Shown here piece by piece: positions 53,617-64,000 of a stretch of DNA of 64,000 nt; position 1 is the first letter of the stretch, and every line of letters starts with the position of its first letter. This stretch comes from Octopus vulgaris (Eukaryota). Location: positions 25,234,001-25,298,000 of the forward strand of contig OX597826.1 of NCBI GenBank assembly GCA_951406725.2, read 5' to 3'. The position numbers were made by a program, and so were the translations under genes. The notes beneath the pieces are model-generated. The model worked only from the letters and a program-made list of their open reading frames with translations, was not told the origin of the DNA and made no database searches.

Positions 53617-54420
53617 TTAACCTCTTTTGTGCAAGACTGTTCCTGCTTCTTTGATACAAACTTTCTATGCAAAGTGATCTAAATTCAAATTTCCCATTAA
53701 CCCTTTAGTAACTAAACTGACCATATCCAGCCAAAATATTCTACCTGTTTTATGTTCAAACTGGCCAGATCTAGCCTATCATACATACCCTGCAATGTCA
53801 TTCTAAAAATATACAATCACATTATCAAAACATCAAAGTTTCAAGATAATACATGATCAATTCAAAATAAAATGAGTAAATAAGTATTACATTTGACTAA
53901 GTTATCTGAAAGTTAGAGTTAAAATTTCATGTTAATTCAAGTTTTAATTAATAGTTTGGTAAATTCTTCATTATTTTCAAACTTAATTGAAATAAAAAGA
54001 GTGTAGTTCAATAGAAATGTGGTAACAAAAAGGTTTAAACCTTTCAATACCAACCCACTTCAGGCCACCCCTGGATACTAGCTTCATGTTTTAAAGTGAA
54101 TTAAATTAAAACTTTCCATCAAAATTCCAGTTTGATTTATGTTCAAAACATCAGCTTAATAATAAAGTTTTTTTGAAATAAATTTTTTATTCTTTTCAAC
54201 TTTTATTGAAACAAAGGCTGCATATCTCAACGGAAATATGATAACCAATGAGTTAAACTGTTCTAAATTAAAACTTTCCATCAAAATTTTGTGTTGATTT
54301 ATGTTCCAAACACCAGCTTAATAATGACAAAGTTATTTTTATTAAATTCTTTATTATTTTAAAATTAATTGGAACACAGAGAGAGTGTCTCAACAAGAAA
54401 TATGGAGGCAAAAGACTTTA
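53617..54420. mobile_element. Tandem and nested piggyBac-like MITE array
   Basis: Repeated ~200-bp units ending gaaatatggtaacaaaaggttaa and joined at TTAA, with a second MITE type nested at 53697-53921. A homologue lies at 45045-45375. Confidence 0.6.
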
Positions 54421-54789
54421 AGTAGACCAATACAAAACAGAAGCTGAAAAGAAATATAGTTTTGAATAAAATAGAGAAATGATTTCCTTTACAAAATTCC
54501 AGATAACTATGGACTGTCTGAGAACTGAACTTCACATGGTGGGGTGGCTGTTGTCGCAAGTGTCACCGGCCATTCTCTTTGGTAAGGCCTTTGCATTTGT
54601 GTCCATGAGGCACAGCTAAACATGCCATTTGTTCTGGGGTATACAATCTGTTATTCCCTCCCCTTTTTTTTATATTTTTCTTTGTTTCCTTGGTGAGGCA
54701 GTAATGGGTCTTTTTAAGTTTTTCTACTTTTTCTATTTTTAATAAAGATATTGTTTTTTTTAAAAAAAAAACAAGAAACTGTAAGGAAT

Positions 54790-56560
54790 AAAATTTAAGC
54801 TAAAAGACGGGCTTAGAGATGGCAAGAAAAACTCCTACCTGGCTAATACCTGAAAAAGTGAAACAGGATAGAAGAAAACCAGATAAAATTGCAACACTGG
54901 TTGGAAAGTATTGGGACACTAAGCTGAGACTGAAGGGCTCTTGATTACAGTATAATCCAGAATCCTGCAATGCCATCCCACCAGAAACCATCAGATAATG
55001 AAAGAGAATACAGTAAAGGGTTGCAGAATATGTGGAGATAAGGAAGAAACAATTAACTACATCATATCTGGCTGCTAAGAAACAGTGCTTGTGAAATTAA
55101 GCAAAATAAGCAAGTACTCTGGGCATCCAGGGAAGGAGGGGGCACCACAGAAATGGTAAATGGTTTACTACACAAAATGAATCATTTTAAACCTGCTAAA
55201 ATAATATTTGGAATGCCTTTATCTCAACTAAGTAACGAAGCAGATATGTTATGCAAGATTAATTTTGAGGATCTGATCAAAGACTGCTATTAAAAAAGTC
55301 AGAGAAAACTTCTCAAATAAAGTGGAATTTTATACAAAAATAAACATTATTTTCCATCTTACTGTTAGTTTTGTTTTATTTTGAAAACTGAAAATCTATT
55401 TCATAGTTTATTATTGTTTATATTTTGAATTCCATATATATGGGTTACCAAAATCTTTGAAGTGCTTAGGGCCCGGTATGGGTCTTAATCCGACCCTGCA
55501 AGAAGGAATACATCTGCAGATATGATTGAGCTGGAACTTACATAGGAAGTTATACCATGATAATGATATACAAAGAAGAAAGAAATACTATAAGCATACA
55601 CCAGGAAAGATCTCAGGGAATGAAAAAATGTGAGCATCCATTGCAATAAGACAATTCACACAGTCAGAAAGATTAAACCTAATTGACCAGATATTGTTAT
55701 TGGGAAGCCAAGGAAAGAATGCATCAGACCTAAAAAAATGATAATGCATCTCTCAAAGAGATAGGGTAACTACTCAAATATAAAGATCTGGAAATAGAGA
55801 TAACAAGAATGTGGAGCCTGTAAAAAGAAACAATTCTTGTAATAATAGTGATAAAATATTTAGACAAATATATGACAACCTAAGGATTTGGAAATATGCG
55901 CAACATTTAGAAAATAGCATTGCAAGCATGATGTACCGTAAATCCTTGAGTATAATCCGCATTTTTCCCCCCAAATTTAAAGGTAAAAATCCCTAGCACG
56001 TACTATATACGAGGTTAAAAATGAAAATTATTTTCTAAGCAATGTCCAAGTCTCGATTTGCTGTCCGGCAATGTTTATTCAAACGCATTTTGTGATGTCG
56101 GGCATGAAAATACCTCAAGCTAAGCCTGAAAGCAATGAAGTCATAAAAGAACCATCCATAACTTGCAGTTAACAACATTTATTAAACGTTATTACCGTTA
56201 TTTCTTCATTTTCTGCAAACAAAATGCAAAAAAAGCTACACATTTACATTATGTTACATATACAATAATAATAAAGGACATTACCATATACATTTTTACA
56301 AACCAAGGACATTATATAGACTTCCTCGACTCAAGTTAGAGAAGGGGTGCGTATTTAGGTTTTTCAGAGGTACAGCCCCCTAAAAATCTCCTGCGTATTA
56401 TACTCAAGGGCGGACTATACTCGAGGATTTATGGTAGATATTCTGTAGAATGCTTTCAATACAACAACAAAACCAAAACAAAATACTGCACATACCTAAG
56501 ACACAGAGAACTGCACTTGATAGTGCAGCAAAAGCATGCAAGGAAAATAAGATTACTGCT
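54790..56560 (+). mobile_element. Old RLE-type (R4/Dong/NeSL-like) LINE 3' portion with nested insertions
   Basis: CRICGDKEETINYIISGC zinc knuckle at about 55022-55075, resuming at about 55500 (KKEYI.R.D). The C-terminus and 3' UTR match 36775-36965. Confidence 0.7.
55936..56434. mobile_element. Tc1/mariner-superfamily (pogo/Tc2-like) MITE
   Basis: TA TSD; 25-bp TIRs ccgtaaatccttgagtataatccgc / reverse complement ccataaatcctcgagtatagtccgc. Confidence 0.85.
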
Positions 56561-56809
56561 TAGTAATAAAAATACAGTAAACAATCTATTCTCATTTACT
56601 CAAATAACCAGAATAGTCAAGTAAACAACAGCTAGAAAAAAAAAAAGAGAATATGTTAGGGTCAAGTGGCTGTGTACTTATTTTTGGTAATTAATTAATT
56701 GTCATAGTTTGTACTGCATCTAAAATGGATCATTTCTTCTCATGGTGCATAAAATATAGTATTTTATTTTACTGCATTTATATGACCTGTATTTTATTAG
56801 GTTATATAG

Positions 56810-57128
56810 CCATGTGGTTTAGTGGTTAGGGTGTTCAGGTCACAATTGTATGGTCAGGTGTTCAATTCCCAGTGGTATGTTGTGTCCTTGAGCAAGACAC
56901 TTTATTTCACATTGCTTCAGTCCATTCAGCTAGCAAAAATGAGTTGTACCTGTAATTCAAAGGGCCGGCCATGTCACATTCTGTGCCACACTGAATCTAT
57001 GTTAAAAACTATGTTAAGGGTACACATGTATGTGGAATATTCAGCCACTTGCACATTAATTTCACAAGCAGGCTGTTCCATTGATTGGATCACCTGGAAA
57101 CCTTGTCATTGCAATTGATGGAGTGCCA
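56810..57128 (+). mobile_element. SINE family C
   Basis: tRNA-like head and gtgtccttgagcaagacactttatttcac core; homologous to 7945-8262. Confidence 0.75.
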
Positions 57129-57502
57129 GATTTTAGTATATTAGTAAAGCTGGTTCTTCACTTAAATTATATTGTTATTCCTTCTTTGTTTCTCTCATTT
57201 TTACTATTTCCAAAATATTTATTTCTTTATTGCCCACAGGGGGGCTAAACAAGAAAGGGCAAACAAGGGCAGACAAAGGAATTAAGTTGATTGCATCAAC
57301 CCCAGTGCATAACTGGTACTTATTTAATTGACCTTGAAAGGATGAAAGGTAAAGTTGACCTCGTTGGAATTTGAACTCAGAACATAACAGCAGATGAAAC
57401 ACCGCTAAGCATTTTACCCAGCGTGCTGACGATTCTGCCAGTTTACCACCCTATATTCTAATGCTGGTGTTTAAATACTTGTATTTAAATAATATTCTAA
57501 TA

Positions 57503-57802
57503 CAGTGGTTCCCAAAGTAGGCAGTATTGTCCCTTACCCCACCCCCTGGGGCCAGTGGAATGTTCCAAGGGAATGTTGAAGAAAAGTGTGTGTGTGTGGA
57601 GGGGGCGATAATGGGGTAGCAATTCACATAAAAACAACAAAATAATGGATTCATTAGGTTAAGTTTTAATTGTGAAATACAGTTGCTTTGAATTTGCTTC
57701 AGAAAGAGGTCTATGTTTGTGATGGTTAGTTGGGGTGGGGGCGCTAGGAATGTAGCTTGGGTGTCAAGTGGGTGACAGCCTGAAAAAGTTTGGGAACCAC
57801 TG
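57503..57802. mobile_element. hAT/Charlie-like MITE
   Basis: TIRs cagtggttcccaaa / tttgggaaccactg; 8-bp TSD ttctaata / tcctaata. Confidence 0.88.
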
Positions 57803-59220
57803 TCCTAATACTTGTGCTTGAAAAGAGTTTTCATGAATTTTGTGAGGTGCTATGGTCATTTATTTATGTAAGATGCTATGATGATCAGCTATCAGGGAGA
57901 TCAGTTATCTGGCAACCCTGTGGTTCCAATGGGACAAGATAGGGTAGGAGGGTGGGGCACAAGTTACTGTAACTGTTTCTAGCATAGAGGCATAAGACCA
58001 CTAATTTAGGGGAAGGGAGCAATAATATTTAATTGTCCTCAGTACCCGACTGATTTTATTGAGTGAGAGAGGATGAAGGGTAAAATTTGGGGACTTGAAC
58101 TCAAAGTATAAATCAGAAATTCTCAACCATTTATTATCTTTGGACCCTTTGAACTGATTAAAATGTTTAGAGAAAGAAACCTAGATGTTTCTTGCAATAC
58201 ATACATCTAAAGCAAAAGTTTTTCATGGACCCTTAATAAATTACTGTGGGTCCTATGTTTGCTATTTTGTTTCTGTGGAGCCACAAAAATCTTATATGGA
58301 CTCTGGTTGAAAATCACTAGTGGAAAAGAGTGGAACAAATACCACAAGGCATTTGGTCGAATGCTCTAACATTTCTGCCAATATTGCAAACAACAATTAT
58401 GACAATAATAATGATGATGATGATGATGGTAATAATTATCAAAATAATGATGATGATGATAATTTACTACCAGAATAAATGGCGCTGTGTGTTCTGTAAT
58501 TCCTATCTAATGCTTTACTGTCAATTTCTACATAAACTATTGATCTTAAATGGTTGATCTTCAAGACTGCTACTGAGTGCGGCGCCTTAAACATTGAACT
58601 AGATTGACACTCGAAACAAGAAAACTGACAGAAACATAACATTTATCACAAGGAAACATTTGGTGAAGAAGAAGCACTTACATACACTTTCTAACATTTT
58701 CAGGTTCGGAAATTCTCTTAATTGGCAACCTAATTATAACCAGAGATCAAATACACATAGACTAATACAACACTCACACACACTCATACAAAGAAAAAAA
58801 AAAGAGGAACTGAAATTACATCAATGTCAAACACAAGAATAAATAAATATTAGAAACAAGGCGTCAAATAAATAAAATAAAGGAGAGAAAGTATAGACTC
58901 TTTAGCCATGGCGTTGGTGACTAATCTTGTTAGTTCTACCAATAATATTCATATCCTTACAACTGTTCGGTTTCTTTTTGTTTGTTCTCTTCTTTTATTG
59001 CAGAAAATTCTTTCCCTGTCGTACTATATCTTTTATCTTTTACTTGTTTCAGTCATTGGACTACAGACATGCTGGGGCACCACCCTTGAAAAATTTTTTT
59101 AGTTGAATCAATCGACTATTGGTTGCTTTTTGCTGAACCACTAAGTTATGGTGAAGTAAAGGCGCCGACATCAGTTGTCAAGTGGTGGTGGGGTGGGCAA
59201 ACACAGACACAACCCCCCCC

Positions 59221-59266
<46 letters not shown>

Positions 59267-59896
59267 CTGGCATGTAAAAAGTACTATTCGAGTGTGGCCA
59301 GTGCCAGTGCCGACTGACTGGCTCCCATGCTGGTGGAACATAAAAAGCACCATTCAAGTGAGACTGAATGTGTGTTTGTATACATATGTAAATTGATTAC
59401 AAATTAAATATTTATATAAGGGTTTCCTCTTTTATGCTTTATTCTTTTTGTGCTTATATACATTATTAGACTGTGTTCCTTAGTCATTGCACGGTGATCA
59501 CCAGAAGCTTTAAGCTTATATAAAATACCATTATTATTATTATTTACAGGATTGTTAAATATGGCACCGTATAACAAAACCACCGAAAACACACATATAC
59601 ACAAGTAATATAAATATCCATACTCGAATACAAACATAAAAATGTACATGCATACATACAAGTGCATAGGTTTTCATCAGTTGCATAACTGGTTACCTAC
59701 ATAATAAAAATAATAATAAGTGCACCCTTTTAAAGTCTAGCCAGGCTCATGGGCTACCTCATGATTGTGAGCCTGATGTTCTAACCACTGAGCCATGTGC
59801 CTTCACTGATATATATATATATATATATGTGATCCATTCTGAAGGAGCACTTATAACTACTACAACCACCCAACCACCAAACAATAAGTTACTAAC

Positions 59897-59947
<51 letters not shown>

Positions 59948-61484
59948 ATTGTACACTCACACATGCACATGCAAAAGTTGCCAGCTTCAAGTAGGACATT
60001 GAAAGGGATGTGACTACTTCATCACAAATCTTTAAAACATGAAACGCTTGTCGGGTTTTCACAGATCAGTTTCTCAATAAAGAGTTTAACATGTCCTCCT
60101 CTGTGTGTGTGAAATATGTGTAGCTTCACACGCATGTACAAGTTTATATGAACATGTCTTACATACATTATTATAAATGAATATTCCACCATGTTATTAC
60201 TAATATATGTGTGCATGTGTTATTTACTGTTCCAGTGTTGGTGGGATCAACGAAAAAAATGTACTCCATCCAGTGAGAGATAAATATCATTTAATGAACA
60301 CAGGTTTTAAATCTAAGCTACTATTGGTTTCATGCTGTGGAAAACATGAAAGTCAGACAAGCTTGTATAGCATGCCATGTGTTTCCAAACCATCGTTAAG
60401 ACTCAAATATACAATACACACATGTATAAATTTGTTCATTTTGTTTTTACTTTCATTTCCCAATGCTAGCATAGGTTAGATGCATATACATATTCTTTTC
60501 TACTCTAGGCACAAGGCCCGAAATTTTAGGGGAGGGGAGCAGTCGATTAGATCAACCCCAGTATGCAACTGGTACTTAATTTATCGACCCCAAAAGAATG
60601 AAAGGCAAAATCGATGAGTTAATGTCTTACAGATAGATGCCCTTCCTGTTGCTCACCTTTTCTTATTTTTCCAGTGAGGGATCTCTTATTGTAAACATAT
60701 TTAAAAATGTAGAGGCAGCAGATGATTTGTTGATGGGGAAATGGCAACAAACTTCAGTGTCTATAACTCAACAGTTTTACATACCACATATGCAGGATGT
60801 AGAAGTTCTTAATCTCCATATATGCACAAGCACACAAACATACATACATACAATCTAGTCTTGTCTAGTCTAGATGTGGTCTGGCCTTGGGTATGTCCTG
60901 TGTAAGTGAACATTCTCCAGCACTCTCTATATGACCTGGGAGGGCACTTAACCCCCCACGCCACCCTGTCTCTGTTAAGTAGATTACTGGAACTCTGGCA
61001 ACAATGACCAGACCTAGGTTGAATACTGGAGTGGTTTCCCTTTGCCTTCTCCGGTTATGTGGGATTTGAACTCAGAAGTTAGAGAACCAGGAGATTATTG
61101 TCTCTACTGACAAAATAACAACTCTGCAACTCTCTTACCGACAGAGCAATGTGAAATGAAGTGTTTTTGCTCATGAACAAAATGTGCCCCTCCCCTACCC
61201 CAGTCTGGGAACTGAACCCACAATCTCATGATCTCGAGTGCAATACCCTAACCGTGCTTTCACATGCATAATATTCTATGTATACATTCACACACTCACA
61301 TGGGCTTCACACAGTTTCTATCCACCAAATCTACTAAAAAGACATTGGTTGGCTTGATGCTACAATAGAAGACATATGCTTCAGCAATGTGCTGTGCAGC
61401 AGGACTGAACCTGAAACTATGTGGTTGGGAAGCCAACATTTTAATCACACAGCCATGCCTGCTCCCATGTTTACATATATGTAA

Positions 61485-61550
<66 letters not shown>

Positions 61551-61657
61551 TTTTTTCATTTGCCCTTATTTATAAGTTGTTTATAAATTTAACCTTTAAA
61601 GGTATTTTTTAATATGCTGGCCATTGATAAAATTTTGAAAAAAATTTTGTCCTATAT

Positions 61658-61696
<39 letters not shown>

Positions 61697-62096
61697 GGAC
61701 AACTGATGTTCTTTATGTTGCATGTCTTGGTTCTCTCTTTGCTTTTTTTTGTTGTTGTTCAAAAAAAAGTTCGTTTTCCATGTTTTTGTTTTTATGTTTT
61801 CGTTTCTCATTGTGTCTACCTTTTTTTTGATGTCCTGTACCCATATATGCATGTATATATACATATATTCATATATATATATATATATGTATGTGTTATA
61901 TTTTCATTTGACGCTGCAATGCATCCCTACATATGAGTGTACTGGAGTATCGCAAAATAAAGTATCTTGCTCAAGAACACAACACACAGTCCGGTCTGGG
62001 AATCGAACTCACTATCTCTTGATTATGAGCTCAATGCTCTAACCACTGAACCATGCGACTTCACATGTAGAGTTATACATAGAGCGGTTTATCTTT

Positions 62097-62138
62097 AATC
62101 TGAAGAGGGCCAACCAACAGCAAAACTTCGAAGTCACT
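62097..62138 (+). ncRNA. Degenerate Penelope-type minimal hammerhead ribozyme motif
   Basis: CTGAAGA (62100-62106)...c[A]AAA, palindromic stem III ACTTCGAAGT, and a GTC site. The GAAA box appears mutated to AAAA. Confidence 0.4.
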
Positions 62139-62392
62139 GTCAGCTCTTTTTCCTTGTACCAGAGTTCTAATACAATGATTAAAAATATATGAACACACAG
62201 TCATATCATATGTATTGTAGTATGGCTGTGAAATTGTGTCTCGTGGTTAGACATATAAATACAGCATACATACAGAACTGTAGAGAAATGCATATAAATA
62301 AAGGCATATATAGATATATAATACACACACACATAACACACAGTTAAATATACATACAAAACATATGGCCAAATACACAGACCAACATACAT

Positions 62393-62427
<35 letters not shown>

Positions 62428-62556
62428 CATGCACACACATACATACATGTATTAATACATACAAATATGAATTATAAATTCAATTCACTATACTGTCCCT
62501 GCTATAGACTAATCAAATAAAAGTATTATCATCAATATGAGTGATAATAATGATGA

Positions 62557-62590
<34 letters not shown>

Positions 62591-62964
62591 GGTGGTGATG
62601 ATGATTTCTTTTATTTGCCACAAGGGAGTTGGATGAAGGAGATATTACAAAGACTTCCCATCATTTCATCTGCCCAGGATTGCAATAAATAATTGCTTTG
62701 CAAAGAAAATAAGCAACATGGCAGACAGAGCATATATCAGCTGAGCATCAGATTTTAAAATGCCTTGTGGTATGCACTCAATTATGACTCCTCATTATGC
62801 TCCGAGTTCAAATTTGCCTCTTAACCTTCTGGGGTCAATAAAACAAAATCGTACCAGTCAAGTACCAGAGTGTTAGGTCAAAACCAATTCTATCAAAGAC
62901 CGATGGAAACATGCTACTGGTAACCATATAATCCAGTAATACCACAAGTGGAGCACTTAATCAC

Positions 62965-63135
62965 CTAAGCCCCTTTGTTTCCTATGGAGCATAGGCCACC
63001 AACAACCTATCTCCACTCTTCTCGACTATGGGTTGTCATTTCTACTTGGTTCCAGTTGGAGTCCTGCTTTTTCAACCCTTTTTCAGTATTTCTCCTCAAG
63101 ATATTTTTAGGGCATTCTCTCTTTCACCTCCCTTG
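62965..63135 (-). mobile_element. Degenerate RTE LINE C-terminal remnant
   Basis: ...PKNILRRNTEKGLKKQDSNWNQVEMTTHSREEWR*VVGGLCSIG... Confidence 0.65.
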
Positions 63136-63409
63136 CTGTCAATAAATAAATACTATAGGGATCAGTGTGCATTGGCTTGTTCAGGGTCTTTACAGGTCTA
63201 GGGGCCCAATTCTGATCTGTTTATGCAGTGGCTTGCTGTCAATAAATAAATAACATAGGGTCCAGAGTATTAATTTGCCAGGGGTCTTCACTGATGTTGG
63301 AGCCCAACTCTGATCTATGTATGTTGTGGCTTGCTATCAATTATTAAATACTACAGGGCCCAGTGCACTGATTTGCTTGAGGGCTTAGAATGTTGTTAAA
63401 ATGGTCCTG
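63132..63409. repeat. Tandem repeat of about 99 bp, about 2.8 copies
   Basis: Units start cttgct(g/a)tcaat at 63132, 63232 and 63330. Confidence 0.8.
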
Positions 63410-63820
63410 TAACCATCCCCTAAATTTGAGATTTTGTAATCAATGACTCAAAGAAAAGAATGAACATTACATTTTTTTTCATCTAGTTTCAGCTCACGAG
63501 CTGTGGCCATGCTGGAGCACTGCCATTAAGAGAAAGTTGTGGCGAAAGAGTCAGCAGAAGTTCGCCATTACCTTCTGCCGGAACCGCGTGGAGAGTAGGT
63601 GTTTCGCTTATAAACACACACACATCGCCCAGTCTGAGATTCGAACCCGCAATCCCTAGACCGCAAGTCGACTGCTCTAACCACTAGGCCATGTGGCTCT
63701 ACATCTTTCAATATTCTTCATTACCTCCATCAATGCAAGAAGGAACTCTTTGTTATCTTTAGAGCAAAACAAACACGTTAAGATAACTTGAAGTTTTCAT
63801 TCCATATACACACACTCAAA

Positions 63821-63866
<46 letters not shown>

Positions 63867-64000
63867 AACACATGCAGCTATACATGTATTATGTTTGGAT
63901 ATATAGGCATGTGCATACCTGCAGTATTTAAGTGCATATGAAATGCATTGCACTTGAGCAGAATAAATGAATTCTTGATAAGAAAATTGAATAAACAATG

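Overview
AT-rich, repeat-saturated eukaryotic genomic DNA. The SINE families and microsatellite load suggest Octopus; this is an inference from recognition, not a database hit. The only host gene I can support is a minus-strand PA-TM-RING E3 ligase of the Goliath/RNF130/RNF150 family, with two exons visible (51240-51487 and 43198-43269). The RING exons and the first PA exon were not found, so most of the window is probably intron. The rest is a layered set of mobile elements: dozens of tRNA-derived SINEs, a young 5'-truncated Tx1/L1 LINE with a 21-bp TSD, fragments of CR1-like, RTE and R4/Dong-like LINEs, a full-length dead Tc1, mariner/Tigger/hAT/piggyBac MITEs, two Helitrons and Penelope-like remnants. 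Three signals stand out. (i) Two SINE families share their 3' tails with LINE 3' ends present in the same window, one with a compensatory base-pair change in the tail hairpin and one with a Tx1/L1-clade partner. (ii) One SINE head and body is used with three interchangeable tails. (iii) Penelope-type minimal hammerhead ribozyme motifs occur, including a family-wide A6U core variant. Most ORFs in the supplied track are microsatellite or SINE artefacts. Repeat boundaries are approximate unless a TSD or TIR is quoted, and only representative SINE copies are listed.
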